DNA from: Nymphaea colorata
Taxonomy: Eukaryota
DNA length: 64,000 nucleotides
Direction of reading: 5' to 3'
Assembly: GCF_008831285.2 (NCBI RefSeq)
Contig: NC_045138.2
Location: 37,262,001 to 37,326,000 of the forward strand
In this document: positions 49,701-64,000 of the stretch, piece by piece
How the letters are laid out: every line of letters begins with the position of its first letter
Position numbering within the stretch: the first letter of the stretch is position 1
The notes under the pieces: generated by a model
Databases searched by the model: none
Told to the model about the DNA's origin: nothing
Seen by the model: the letters and a program-made list of their open reading frames with translations, nothing else
Made by a program: the position numbers and the translations under genes

Positions 49701-52700
49701 ATCTCTGGTAAGAACCCCTTTCCAGGTTCGAACACACCAGGGCCTAGAAAACCTATTTCTGAATTAAAGGTCAGTGAGGGCATGGAAAATGGTGATGATA
49801 GCAATTTTGTTTTCAGGTTTAGCAGTGTGAGAACAACGTCAGTTGGGAACAAAGATGCATCTACTTATACTTTTGGAGATTCACGTTCTGAACTACATAA
49901 CGAATTGAACACTAAAAATGGAGGAAATTCTCCAGGCAATGTTGCTGAGAGTGGGAATGTTCCCTATCGGGTCGAGCCAGGAGACATTGGCAGGAATAAA
50001 GAGGAACCAGCTATTGATAGCAGCTCAAAACGTGAAAATGTGGCGTCTGGCTTGGATAATGGTATCCTAAGGCATGGGAATTTCTTTGGGATTAATCATC
50101 CAAAATCATCAAATGGTGATCCAGGTTATGGATTCCCTGGAAAGTCAACTTCCAGTCTGCCTGATGAGAACCGGTCCTCAAACAATAAAAATGGAATCTA
50201 TAAGACTGGGTACCATAGTTCCAATGTACCAGGGACCTCCAAGGGTGACAGTGAAAGTTCATCCACTAGGAAAAGCTCTATACATGCGAGCAGCTTCTCA
50301 AATGCAGGTGATAGTTTCTATCAGAAAATTCCTGATGTAGAGCAGAATTACGCTAACTGGTTTCAGATGAACTCAGAGTCCACCCTGAATGACGAGACGA
50401 GGAAGTTGGATTTAGAGAACATCTCACACAATTCTGGTAGCACGCGCGGTACTGTTAATGTTCCTGTTTCTTGTGAGCCAGGGATCGTTGGTGGAGAGAG
50501 GAGGATTCCCACCAAGGACAAATTTAGCACTTCTCAAGGTGGAGTTACTCAGCAGGGTGATTTTATCTTTGGATCTAGCACTTCGGGTCTGAATGATAAC
50601 TTAACTGGTCATTCTTTTCAAACCACAGATGGTGTGCTGCCCAACGAAATGGGAAAATCAACTACTGAGAATGAAAAACTGAAATTTAATAGTACATTTC
50701 TTCATGGTAGTTCTCATGCTCCCAGGACGTCCAGCAAACCAGGGAGATATAGCCATTACTCAAGCAAGGGAAAGAATTCCAGGCGTTCCTCTGTAGCCAG
50801 ATCACACGGAACTGGTAAGGCTCATCATCCTGGACATAATGTACATGACATTGATGATCCAACTTTTTCAGTTCATAGAGCAGACACGGATATCTCTTCT
50901 TCTAGGTACTCCAGCGAAGATTCATTAAATGTATCAGAGAAGAGTTCACGTGAATCCATGGGTCATGAAAGAGTTTTGGGATCTTTCAAGTTCGGAGGGG
51001 AAAGAGAAAGGGAATCTGGTCCTGAGATGCATCCAGTGGAAGACGCAAGGCTTAACACAAGCAGTAGAACGTCTTCAGCATCCATTGGGTGTAAAGTCCC
51101 ATCATTTGCTAGCATTCCCTCAGAGTTACCTGGTTCTTGGGGATGTTCAGAGGAACCACACGCAGGTGCAGGAACTTCACATCTTGAGAATCCATCTCAA
51201 CCCAAAGATTTCATGGGGTTCACTTCTGCGAACTCTTTCACAAGCGAGGACAAGCAATTTGCATTTAATTCCAAAGAAGGACGCAGCAAAACTGTTAGAC
51301 CAAAGAAAAGGAGAGGGAAGTTGAAGCAGCCTGCTGTAAGTCAATCTAGGGAACAGTCAACTTTACCTCAGGAGATAAGTTCCTTGGAAAGGTCTGAATT
51401 GGACTCTTCGGGAAGTTACTCACCAATGGATTTCTCTCCTTACAGGGAAACATCCCCTTGTGATTTCTCGAGGGCAACCTCTGTAGCATCTGGTGAATCT
51501 GTTGGTCCTGGTGTTGATCATGTCTCAAAAGATTCCTATTGTGCTGTTCCCAGTGATGAGGTAGACACAAAAGTGGATAGTGGTTCACAGCCCTTACACA
51601 GTGATGAAGGGGTGACAAAAGAAAAGTTGGACAATTTGATTGGGGAAAATGTGAAGCAGTATGTTAGCAGAAGCACAGCTGGGCCCATGGACTCCAACAG
51701 AAATGACACTTGGAGAGGGTCTGGGGATAATCATCATTCTGCTTCAAGGGCTGAAAATGAATGGCTTGACTCTAAAATGGCAAATCTGGATGTTGAGAGT
51801 GAAAGATGTATGACATCTGGTGAATCCAATACATTGGGCTTGGGAAATTCAGAGAAAGATGACCAAAAAATATTCAGTTTTGCTTCAGCTAAGGAACCTG
51901 AATTCGCATTTGCTGCATCATCTGCCCCACAACCTCCTTTCTCAGCAAAGAGCCATCCTGGAAGAAAGTTTCGGACTAAATCTAGCAAGAATGCTTGTGG
52001 ATCCACCTCAAGTGTGAACTCTCAGATGAAATTTGCTTCGGTCATGTTCCCGCTTGCTGGTGGTGGCATTGGTCAGGCTACTATAAATGAAAAAGAAGTT
52101 AGTTGGCGCCAGAATTCTGACGCATCAGTAAGCCAGAGCTTATTTACTGATGTAAAGTCATCAGCGAACCAAGAACTTTTGTCTTCCACCAGTGGTACTC
52201 CTGGTGAATATGGTTCTAAAGTGTCTGTAGAGACTCCCATTACATTGAGTTCTGATACACAGTCCGGACCCAAGTCAACTGCAACTGCGTCACTGGAGGC
52301 TTGTGAAAAGTGGCGATTAAGGTCCATCTTGTTTCTAACTTTTTATTATGTTCTGGCCTTTTCTATATTCCTTGGTCCTTTTTTCAGTCGGTAGTTTTTA
52401 TTGGACATTTGGGTTACTCAATTCTTTTTCGATCTGTTTACGCCAGGGGAAACCAAGCTTATGGAAAAGGGGATTTTTCCATCGCTGAGGAGTATTATAC
52501 TCGTGGTTTAAGTAGCATTTCTCCAAATGAAACGTCTAGAAGCTGCCGTAGAGCTTTAGTGCTGTGTTACAGCAATCGTGCAGCAACTCGTTTGTCTCTT
52601 GACAGGGTAAGAGAAGCATTAATGGACTGTATGGAAGCTATTGCAATTGATCCCCACTTCCCGAAGGTGCTACTTAGAGCTGCAAAGTAAGTAGGATGTG

Positions 52701-55700
52701 CTTAATGAATCTTTTTTCTTTATCCTTTTTTGTGTTTTATCCTAGTCAACAATAATTTACTTATGACTGTTCAGCCGCAAAGTGTTCTTCATGATCACAA
52801 TATTCTTCAATTAAATCATAGGCATGGAAATATACTAATATTTTTTCCTAGTCATGTATGATTTTACTAACTCAGTCTATCTGAGTATGATGAGATTGAT
52901 TTTACGTAATGCATGCTACTATTGTTAATGTTGCACAGGCGCCGTTGCATTTAAGCTGGTGGTTTGATTAGGAAAGTCTTAGTGATAACCTTGATTTTGC
53001 CTACTCTGACAGTATTTTTAACTTTTAATCCTTACATTCAAATTTCCCAAGTAATTGTGATGTCATGTTTTACTCCGTAATGTAAATTTTCATTCCTTAA
53101 AATCGTAGCTTTTTCTTTTTCCCTGTATGTTCTGCAAGATAGGAAGTAGCTTTCTTGTTGACATGCCTAACACAAAACCGAATTTTTTCTCATGACCCCG
53201 TTTACACCGGAAGCTATATATACCTGTTGCTATGGAGGTTAAACTGTCATATATCTTGTTGTTCCAACCAATGTAATACTTAGGTTCTTTTCTCCTTTTG
53301 GAGGTTTATATACAATTGAGTTGGGCATGCCTAGCCATTGACAACTATTTCTTATCAGTTTTGTTGTTACTGTGATTATTACTATCTTTATCTCTGTTAC
53401 TTCTGTTAAGTGTTTTGTTTTGGGAGTCTTACTTCTCTCTTTTCAGTTGCTATCTTGTCCTTGGGGATGTTCAAGATGCATTAACGTACTACAAAAAGTG
53501 CCTGCAATTTGGAAGCAATTCAAATGCAGATCAGAAGGTTGTCACAGAAGCTTCAGATGGTTTACAAAAGGCTCAGGTAGTGTTGGTTTGACTGTTTTAT
53601 ATTCTTGTGCTAACAGTAAACTAGTTAAACTGTTCTTGTGTTGCATAGTTTTCTATCGTTGTAAATTTGAAAATACCAAGAGGAAAACAGAATATTTAGT
53701 TTCTTAAAATGAATAAAAAAGGTGAACTAGTCAAGCACCATGAAACATAAGTGTATTACTTTCGGACATCATGGAACATGAATATCATGGCAAATATGTT
53801 CTTGCAAGCATGTGAATGCATAGGTTCATTTTAATAGATACACTACCATCCATGATAGTCTGGACTTTATTCTCTTCTTTTAGCCAATTATATCATGATG
53901 ATGTACTGTTTTAGTTAATAACGTAAATAGATTACCTGTCACAGCTTTTACAAGATATCTTCATATCCTGGAGCAATAAGCATGTCTCTTCGAAGTTTAA
54001 AATTTTTATTCAAATCAAAACTTGTCCGAAAAATTAGTTGTTTGTCTTGTCTCTCAATGATTTTGTTCTACATGATTGATATACTCTTTATTTTTTTCCC
54101 TTATCATTTTCCTAATTTGTATGAGTTTAGCTTGTTAAAAGTTTAGAGTCCTTACAAGCATCAGGCTCCTCTTTCTTTGATATAATAAAGCATTTGATAT
54201 TGTTAATATGATAAACTACATTTTCAATTGACAGCAAGTGGATGAGTGCACAGACCGGGCTTCTAACCTTCTACTGCAAAAGACACCTGATGCTACAGCA
54301 AATGCATTACAAGTCATTGATGAGGCTTTATTGATTAGTCGATGTTCTGAATGCTTGTTTGGATTGAAGGCAGAGGCCCTTTTAATGGTTTGTCCATCTT
54401 TGCTTCCTTGGTTACTTCAAATTCAGTAATGGTCATGTCTACGTTTTAAATTGTTCATTGGTCTCATATAAACAAATTATTAGATTTCTTTCATTTGTCT
54501 GGGCTTTTATATTAGTCTTTAGATTATTAGGTTCCTGACTTGTACATATTTCTGCATATGCAGCTTCGTAAGTATGAAGATGTGATTCAGTTATGCGAGC
54601 AAACTCTAGGCTCTGCAGAGAGAAACTCTGTGCTTGTTAGTTCCCACTCCAGCCATAAACATGACGATGGAACAGCTAAATTAGAAAAAGGTACGGCAAG
54701 AATTTGGCGTTGGTGCATGATTGCAAGGGGCTATTTTCTTTTGGGGAGGCTTGAGGATGCTCTTGACTTGCTTGAGAAGCATGGAATGGCAGATTGTTAT
54801 GTAGATATGTAAGTCTTGAAGTAATTCACTCTTTCCAGTTTCAATTTTTGATATGGTCCTTCTCTATTCCATCTGTTATCCAGAAGTATCCCAATCAGTC
54901 AGTTTGACTTTAGTTCTTACAGGCATGGGATGAAAGTTTCAGGATCTTCACCAGCATTTCCAGCTGTCATTCGTGAGCTACTGCGTCTCAAAGTATTCTC
55001 ATCATTTTTCTTCATTAATTATTCCTTTCTGTTTGTCTACTTATTGAATGCCCTTATTTTTGCGTAGCAACTTTATTGTGTGTCATTTCATCGTTGCATT
55101 ATGTTTCCAAGTATATAGGCTTAAACTTTCCTTCAGCTCACTATTGTCTCTTGCTAGTGTAATATAGAAATAGAACCATTGTAGCAATTTATAACTTTAC
55201 CATAACCTTGCTTCTGATGTAGGAACTAGGAACACTTGAAACCACTTTATAACCAGATCGTCGGCAGGCAATGGCCTACACCTGTGGTCCTTTGTCTCAT
55301 CTCAACTGGCATGTTTTGGGGCAAAAACAGAATTGTATTTATGAATTATTGTAGAGAGGAGATATGGATGTCATGGTGTGTCAGACATGGGCTTTTCAAA
55401 AGAGAGAGAAACTGAGAGTCTCGAATACCCTGTTGACTGTTGTATATGAACATAGTCACAGAAAATGTGTCTTTTTTCGAAAAAAAGAACTTCGGCCGAA
55501 AAAAATGGTAAAAAGAACATTCAAGAAAATGCCAAGACGAAAAAACCCATTAGAAAAAATGCCAAAACAAAAAAATGGGAAAAAACCTATTTTTCTCTTT
55601 TTTTTTTATTTTTGGCGTTTTTCACATTTTTTGTGTTTTTTCTAGTATATATATATATATTATATTTTATTGTTTCATTTTTTTACATTTTTTATTACCA

Positions 55701-58291
55701 CATTTCTATTTTGAAATTTTACTTTCAAGATCTTTTTTCTATTAATTATCTTAAAATTTGCCAAGATTTTCTGAGATTGTCCCTAGAAAAACAACTCTGC
55801 TGCATTATATTTGAGAAAAACCTTACTGCTTAAAAGTTAAAACCCGTAACCAATATTTGTGACTATGATAGAATGGGATGCTTCTTTTGATTTTATGTTT
55901 CAGCAATCTTCTGCTAATTCATCCAGTAAATTAATGGCCTAACATGTGTTTAATTGTGTTCTTGTGTTTTTTTCTTAGTCTGCTGGAAATGAAGCATTTC
56001 AAGCAGGAAGACATGCAGAAGCAGTTGAGCATTATACTTCTGCTCTTGCCTACAATATTGAGTCACGACCTTTTGCTGCAATATGTTTTGCCAACCGTGC
56101 AGCTGCATATCAAGCATTAAACCAGATTACAGATGCTATTGCTGATTGCAGTTTGGCAATGGCATTGGATACAAACTACTCGAAGGTAATTCCTTGAAGT
56201 GGTATATGAGCTTACTTTTGCATCTTCATGGTTGATTAAGGAACCCCTTGATTGGTTCTCAAACACATGTTTCAGATGTTCTATTACAGAAATTGTTTGT
56301 TTTCATGGGTAAATAAATTGTTTCGGACATCCCATACTAGCATCTTTAATATCTATGGGCTGCACATGAAGCAGAACCTTCACCTGGAAGTTTCAAAAAA
56401 AATGAAATAATAATAGTAAGGAAGAAATACAAATATAGTTTCAGCTTTATTACCATTCTCTCCCATTTTTAAGAAATTCTGAAAATTGAAAATAAAGTTC
56501 TAGCTAGAAATACATTTGCTCACACATTACATTACACATAGCAATTGAATTTACATGACTGGGTATAATGGTTGATTGCTTTTAAATCTCAACTGAATGT
56601 GCTATCACTAGGCGGTTTCTCGGAGGGCAACCTTGCATGAGATGATCAGGGACTATGGCCAAGCATCTGATGACCTGCAGAGACTTGTTTCACTTCTTGA
56701 AAGGCAAATTGAGGACAAAACAATCCAAACTGGAGCAGTTGGACGAGTGGGAACTGCAGTCGCCGATCTAAGGCAAGCTCAACGAAGGCTTGCTGCTGTT
56801 CAAGAAGAAGCCAAGAAGGATGTTCCCTTGAATATATATTTAATCTTGTAAGTAAAATGTTGAACTTTTGATTCACATGCATTTATGCCAAGCCCCAATA
56901 AGTTTGTTTGCTTTTTAGCATTGGCATGCTGAAGGTGTTAGCCTGAAAGAAAATGTTGTCTAAATGGCAAGTAGAACTACAATACCTCTTCTGGATTAAC
57001 ATAAATAAAAAATATTGGTCGACTTAGTAAGCTGTCTCAAAATATTTTCTCATGCCATTTTCTCAGGTTTGATGACAAACTGGATTTTTTAGTTTGCACT
57101 GCCAATTTTCTTTTCTGTACGTCATATATCAGTAAATTTTATTGAAAATATTTGAATGCCGTCGAAATGATGTTTCTAGATGTGTATCTGTGCTAGTGCG
57201 CATGAATGTGTCTCAATCACATTAAGTTCTGTGTGTAGGTAGAGGTTGTCATGACCTGACTCCACGTGTATCTTAGTTTCCTAATCTCTTGAAGAATAAT
57301 AAATGAAATGTCTTATATTGCTAAAAGATGTAGGATATGCTTTTACTGGTATTGCTTTTGATAAGACTGCATACAGCAGGCCACCTGCTTTGCATTTCCA
57401 ATGTAAACAAATTGCAGACGGTCTTTTTCTAGATTGTCCAGCATCTGCATCTATAGTTTTTTTTTTTTTTTTTTCCTTCTTCTAATCTAATTTTAAAAAA
57501 ATTCAAAAATGCATGATAGCTGGCATGCATGAAAGTGTGTAAGAGGGAAAGAGAGGAGAAAGATTTCTAAGGTTTACTGCAGTACTCATAAATCTGATGG
57601 CCTGATGTTCGTTTTGTTTCTTCTCAGGGGCATCGATCCAACATGCACTGCTTCAGAAGTCAAGAAAGCATACCGCAAGGCAGCACTCAAACATCATCCT
57701 GACAAGGTTTTGTTTCCTATACTCCAAAAAGTTTGAATTGCTTCACGTGGTCATCATCTTAATGAGCTTTGTTGCTAAATAGGCTGGTCAGTTCCTGGTA
57801 AGAAATGAGAATGGCGATGATGGTCTCTGGAAAGAAGTTGCTGCTGAGGTACACAAGGATGCAGACAGACTTTTCAAGATGATTGGGGAGGCTTATGCAA
57901 CTGCCTCCGACCCTGGCAAGGTATGTCATTTGGTTTATGCGTGGCTATGATGTTGTTTGTTGTTTTTCAATCTCCTTGATAATCTCGTAGTTATGTAAAA
58001 TAGCTACGCATGGATGGACTTAAAATGATCCAGCCATCATCCTACTGTCATTTCCTATAGCTGTATCATAAAGTGAAATTTTCGTCTTGTCAGCGTTTGC
58101 AATTTGATAGCGAGGAAAAGATGTTTAAGGCACAGAAGAAAGGTACTGGGAGCAGCCCATCTCAACCACCACCAGAATCTCAAAGTCGCCAGTACAGTCC
58201 ATTATACAAGGGCGCCATGAGGACGTCAAGGGAACAGAGAGAAAGGCACTATCGGTGGTCTGAATCATCTTCATGGTCCAGGTACTCTTGA
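46755..58291 (+). CDS. TPR-repeat + C-terminal J-domain co-chaperone (DNAJC7-like; plant TPR15/TPR16 type); exons 46755-52321, 52447-52686, 53447-53576, 54235-54387, 54564-54808, 54923-54992, 55979-56185, 56612-56847, 57628-57706, 57783-57920, 58094-58291; ~2420 aa
   Basis: CEKWRLR|GNQAY..AEEYYTRG, CYSNRAA, AGNEAFQAGRHAEAVEHYT, CFANRAAAYQ TPRs; KKAYRKAALKHHPDK J-domain; all introns GT..AG; exon sum 7263 nt in frame; start ATG inferred as the first in-frame ATG. Confidence 0.92.
47823..48662 (+). repeat. In-frame 420-bp (140-aa) near-identical tandem duplication within exon 1
   Basis: tctggtgggagcgtattcgtatttggtag.. at 47823 and 48243; only scattered substitutions. Confidence 0.97.
55451..55867. 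mobile_element. MITE in intron 6 of the TPR-DnaJ gene; related element at ~62268-62600 in an eIF3e intron
   Basis: Perfect 10-bp TIR CATAGTCACA / TGTGACTATG; A-rich then T-rich halves; TSD not clear. Confidence 0.65.
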
Positions 58292-59137
58292 ACAGGTCAA
58301 CCGTAAGCTCGTGATGTCAACAAGTGTGTGTGGTCCTTAGGAGATCCTCAATTTTGATCTGGCTTTTGGTTGATGGAGGTCGGCTCAGCGCTGCAAGAAA
58401 TCATCTTCAAAAATGGCGATATTGAGAAAATTTATGCGAATCCGTGGAGACGAACCTCCCGGTCTCTGCTCCATGGTTGGGTCGATAGCAAAAGCACGAG
58501 GGTTTTCCTTTCCATCCAAGAGGTAGAGGTTGTGGCAATCAGAATGTTCCCGGCTTGTGAATTGAAGAAGAATATGTTACATATTGGTGTATATGTTTGT
58601 ATAATTTTTTTTCTTATAATCTTGTCTATTTTTTCAATGGGAGAATCATCATTAATTTTTCAAAAATAAAAATAGAGGGAGCTTGATTGAGTTCCATGCG
58701 AAACGACTATCAAATATCAAATCAGACTGATATCTGAGCACACGGCCGAAGAAGGATAAACCAGTGCTTAAACAAGACCCGTGTGATAATTTCACAATAA
58801 AGCAACGTAATTGACCAAACCCCATCCGAGCGTTTGAACTATCTATTAACGCTATTTATTCATGTGAGCAAGGTGTCCTGCTGGGCTTGGATAGACCTTT
58901 TACCATCTTATGATAGGTGGTGCATCAGAGGAAGAGAGGCCAAGAGAGACAGACACCGACAAAAAAGTTGTAGCCCGTAATCAAAATTAGCTTCAGCGTT
59001 ATAAATAAATTCACCGTCAATAACATCCCCACTTGCAAATTTTTAAGAAAGAAAAAGCCAACTAAAATGGCTCCCCCAACGGGAAAAATACAAAATCAAA
59101 CAGGATGATGGTATAATTCGGGAGCAGTTATCGATCA

Positions 59138-62100
59138 TCACCGAGCAGCAGCCTGTCCGACTGGTGACGATTCGATAACATTCTTAGCCAGCATATATGT
59201 GCGAACAGACAACTGTTTTGTGCTTTCTATGATCTGCTCGTACCTGTAAAACATCAGACAGAACAAGTAGTCAGCCAACCAGGAACCAGGAAGAGAGAAA
59301 TCTTGAAGCTGCTCTTGGCTCAGCCTCATGCAAGGGTGGAAAAATAGTTGGTAAAGAATAAACCACTTTTTTTTTCCCTACTGTAGTCCAACTTACACAT
59401 TGACGTAGCTGGTCCCCATGACGACTGTCCCCGACATTGAATCAATCTTAGCATCAAGCTTGGAGTTCCGAACAAGATTTACTATCCATCTCTCGGCTTC
59501 ATCATAGCTCATATTCAACTTTTCGGCAAGCATGCTGAACAAGCATTCAGCAAATCAACAATGAGGAAATGTTCAATCAGAAACCCGCTCTACATAATCA
59601 TAAAATCACTGCTCACAAGCTAACAAAAGGTGATTTAAAGATCAGAAATTATGACACGTTAACTATGAAGAAAAACTATATGATACTGATACACCTTCGA
59701 AACTGCAACTTTCCGTATCTACTGCAACTTACAATACAACCGCCATATCATACTTTACCGCACAACATGTGTAAATGATGCTACAGTCTGAAACACAAAA
59801 ACAAAAAAGCGAACAAAATTCTCTTTTGAACTTACTTAAATTTCTTAAGGCTGAATAGTAAGTTTATCAGGAAAAACATTCTCCTTCACTTAAAATTTAA
59901 GGTTGGCACCATGCATGGATCACTTTGCACATTTACTAACATCGATTATAATCTAGCTTGAGGCACTCTAGCAAAAGGAAACTTGTTTGGGAGCAGGGGC
60001 AGTCTTCAACTGTCTCCAGACAACAAAATAAAGTGCAAAACCTGAAGCCATGCATTTTTTGCTTCTTTTTGAGCATTTAACAAAAATGGGAGCCTAGTTA
60101 ACCAGAAAAATAAGAAAGACTTACCAAATCCCATGCTTTAAGGAGAAGTGGACTTTATAAAGAAAAGGCATACACTATCTTTCCCTCGGTATTTAGGTTT
60201 AGTTCTAATGGGTGGAGCCACTTTCTCACAAAAAAGTGAAAATCGGGGAAAGAATTTACTTAACCTAACAATGTTGGAGTTAAGTAAAACTTATCAACAT
60301 CCATTTTTAATTGCATCAAGCCATCACATTTAAACAGAAATGGGTTTTTATCCCAGCCAGTCGATTGCAAGCGCAAGATCTAGCAGGGAAACAGAATGGT
60401 GAAAGTTTAAATTTAATCTACAAGAGAAGAGATGACTTTGTATACTAGAACAGTACACTGGAAGAACCTGTTGGCATCCATGAGGCAGCCTGAGCAATTT
60501 GGCCAACCTGACCACTGTTTGATGGAAAAAAACCAGAATTCACAAATCATCAATATAACAAAGCATAAAAGAAGCGGAATTCCCAAACAACTAAACAACA
60601 AAAAGGAGTCAAAGGAGAAAACCAGTTCGGCAAACTGATGAAACAATAAAAACAGACTTAGCAGTTCAAAGCTAGCCACATAATTAACTCAACAGATGTC
60701 ATTTTGTCATAGATTAGTAACAAGAATGCCCTTTGTAGTTTGTACCAACGATGACAGCACTCATCCATTATTAGTCAAAAGCATTAATGAGAATAATCTT
60801 CAGGAATTGAAACAAAAAAAATTATTTATTTACCAGAAAGAGAGAGAGAGAGAGACCCACTCTTACCCAATATCAATACAACGATGTATGCGACAATAGG
60901 TTTCAAATACAAAGAGTCGAGCATTCTCAAGAAATTCGTCTCTCAAAGGTACCGTGGTAAAGTTACCCTCTTGAACTTGTTTGCCAAGAAATGGGTCATT
61001 CAATATCACCTGCACATTCATCAAAGAACAGAGACGTTGCAACTGTGAAAATTTTACAAGAAATTAGAAAAGATATTTGCTACAAACTAGATACATAAAA
61101 AAGATATTTGCAGCAAACTGGACACATAGAACATGATTAACCAGACCCACAAAATATATTTCTGAATCAAGGCCAGCCTCTGGGACCAAATAATTAGAGA
61201 TAGCCTGAACCAACCAAAAATAATGGCAGTATTTCCAGTTCCATGGTCAATAATTTATCACAATTTATGATGGATAAAAATGTAAAGTTCTGTGGACCTC
61301 ATCCTTTCCACATATGTAAGAGTAAAAAGCATACTTCATCTTGCACATGTTTCGCTTACAAACACGGCATAGAGAAAAATGACACATTAGTTATCCAGAT
61401 ATTTGTTTTACGCACAATATGATCACAAGTTAGAGACAACAATATATTCTAGAATTTTTGCAAGAAAGCTGAATGTCGTGTGGTATAAATGTGCTATTGC
61501 CTCCATGAAGTAAAAACTAATTTTCCTTTTCTTTCCTTTTTTTTTGGCCCATTCATTATAGATGGACATAATGCAATTTTGAATAGCTTGGAGGTACTAT
61601 CAGAGGTCCGTATCATGTATAACTTGGGGAACATGAATAGACTAAAACAGTTCAGACACAAGAAAAACACACAAAATGGAAAAGAAAGAGCACGTCAAAC
61701 TCAACATATGAACAATTAAGAACAGCCTTAACAAAGATCAGATAAGTTTGAGGCATAAAACTTACATCTTCACACTCTCGGAGCTTTTGTTGTGCACCTT
61801 CAAAATCATAATTGATATACAAACACTCCAGAAACTCTGTAACGGGGTCTTTATATGTATATTGCTCTTGCTGGATGACTTTGATCAACTCCTTCAGCAT
61901 ATTTCTTCTCCTTTTGTTGACAATAACAGCTGTAGCCACATAGCGAAGAAGGTGGTGTGCATTTGTTTGAAGAGCGTTAAGATACCTGCAAAAATTGCAG
62001 GTTATTTAACGCAGCAATATCAGAACTTATTGACTACTTTTGTGCACATGGCAAAGGTACACGATCAAAGACAATTACATCTACAAAATGCAATTACATA

Positions 62101-64000
62101 CCTCAAAATAAGGAGAAACTACATAACAATACATAATTTCTAGCACAGCCATAATATATGTACCCTAAGCCAAGCAGAATTGTCTCATAGCACATGTTTT
62201 CACTTGATATGAAGTGTCCAACAGGACCATACAGTACATTCGGATGTCGATATCAGGTTTGTAGTGAGTCGTCACAGAAAACGCATTTTAAAAAAAAAAA
62301 AACGTTAAAAACGAAAAAAAAAAACGCGTTTTTAATGTGTTTTTAACACGTTTTTTTTCACTTTTTTCAATTGTTTTAACACCAAACAGTTTTCTTTTCA
62401 TTTTCTATTTTTTATTTGTTGCAAATCTACTTATCTTGTGATGTTTGTGTTATTAATTTCTCACTTATTATTTTTCTCCCATTTTTAGTTTTTTTAAATT
62501 TTTAAAAACTTACCATATTTTTCCCGTTTTTTTCAAGCTTGCCGTATTATACCCAAGAAAAACCTCGCCGTTTAAAACTCCAAGGCGTTATTTGGAAAGA
62601 CAGCATCAGTTCCGTACATAACTGAAAAAGTCTCCCGCTGAATGAGTTTCATCAATGACTTGAACTAATGATGACAGACAATGAAGCAGAAGTACTCAAA
62701 GTCAAACAAGAAACGATGCAAATAGAAAAAGGCTGATGAAAACCATTTAAAAGGGCATAACAGAAAATCGCACCAAGCAGAGGAACAGAACTGACTTAAA
62801 GCATGTCACAAGGACTTTCCATCTTGAGACCTGGATATGACACAGACACACACAGGCATATATCATATTGTACATTTAATAATAACTAAGGGATATACTG
62901 AAATCCATTGCCACATCCGTGTTACAGCAAGAAAAGTGAATTTTAAGTCAGTTCTGGAATTGAGAAACAATGGAACAAAAAAACAAGTGGGAAATAAGAA
63001 AGTTGTAAATGAGACATTTAGATATTGATCTTTACTTCAACTAAGAAATATATGCAAGATATACTTTATTCCTAAATTATAATTTAAAAGATCATCAGTA
63101 ATTTAAACAGTACATCAGAATAACATTTGCAAGATCCACTTTATTCTTACATCCATTAACTCAGACTAGATAATAATTATTTATGTAATACAAATCTTAC
63201 AACATTTACATCTATAAAATAAAATTTAATAGCACTAATTCAAATAAATACAAAAAATAGATGACATCATCAACATGATTTCATTTAGAATTAGAAACAA
63301 CAAGGTATTGAAAATCACATTTTTCGTATAAACTATAAACAAATAATATTAGAATTTCAAAACCACAGCTACTGGTTTGGAGGCACGCAGGAAACATGAG
63401 AGAAAGCGCATGACAATCATGGGAACAACACCAGGAAAAACAGAAAGCAAGAAAGGAGATGTTAGATCATATGAAAAGCTAAAAAAGATGTGATTTTTGC
63501 CATGCTTTGGAACTGAGAAATAGCGGAATAGAAATTTAACCACCACAAGCACAAACACGATGTGAAAACGAGGACTAAAACATAGTTCAGATGGTAAGAA
63601 AATTAACCAACAATGCTGCATGAAAGTTAGAGGGCATCATAAATTCTCATATACCTATCTTGGAAGAAAAGATCAATGATGCCATTTCTGCCATTTTCGT
63701 GGTTAAAGAAAATAAAGAGACTCCAATGCATCAACCAGGTTCTGTTTTGCAGTTGTATGAGTGGAGATGAAAAGCTCTACATAAGAGGATTAGAGCCTGT
63801 AAGGAGTCTTGAAACAGAATTGAAAACTAGTTAACTCAAAAGCAAGGCACAAACCTTGGAATCTATTATCTCCTTTAACCGATTAAGCTCTTCAAGAGCT
63901 ACATCCCAGTTTTGCATCAGTATCTCTGCCGCAAGTTTTCCCCATAATGCACTCAAGCTTCTATCACTATTCGTGCACAGGGCACGGTACTGATATAAAA
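59138..64000 (-). CDS. EIF3E: Eukaryotic translation initiation factor 3 subunit E, 3' part; exons >64000-63855, 63776-63655, 61985-61766, 61009-60867, 59534-59397, 59243-59138
   Basis: [95 protein letters not shown] (PCI domain); GT..AG introns keep frame; gene starts outside the window. Confidence 0.96.

Noticed and set aside
58370..58669. 99-aa ORF downstream of the TPR-DnaJ stop
   Set aside because: Lies in the likely 3' UTR with no recognisable domain

Overview
Flowering-plant genomic window (spliceosomal GT-AG introns, Ty1/copia remnants, hAT-type MITEs); the species cannot be fixed from the sequence. The first ~42 kb is a tandem array of SAM-dependent plant O-methyltransferases (COMT/IOMT-type, dimerisation + Methyltransf_2 domains). 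It holds five apparently intact two-exon genes (+,-,-,+,+), each with a 294-nt second exon, plus one truncated pseudogene. The spacers carry two decayed copia elements, a separate copia 3' end whose LTR sits ~255 bp upstream of the fifth OMT, MITEs, degenerate tandem repeats, and intron-containing fragments of three unrelated genes (furry-like, CesA, GCP4). The last ~18 kb holds an 11-exon, ~2420-aa TPR + J-domain co-chaperone gene (+) converging on the 3' part of eIF3e (-). Most notable: active-site diversification and mosaicism among the OMT paralogs, LTR replacement of one OMT promoter, and an expanded FxFG/NES-like repeat N-terminus in the TPR-DnaJ protein. All family calls are motif recognition from memory, not database searches.
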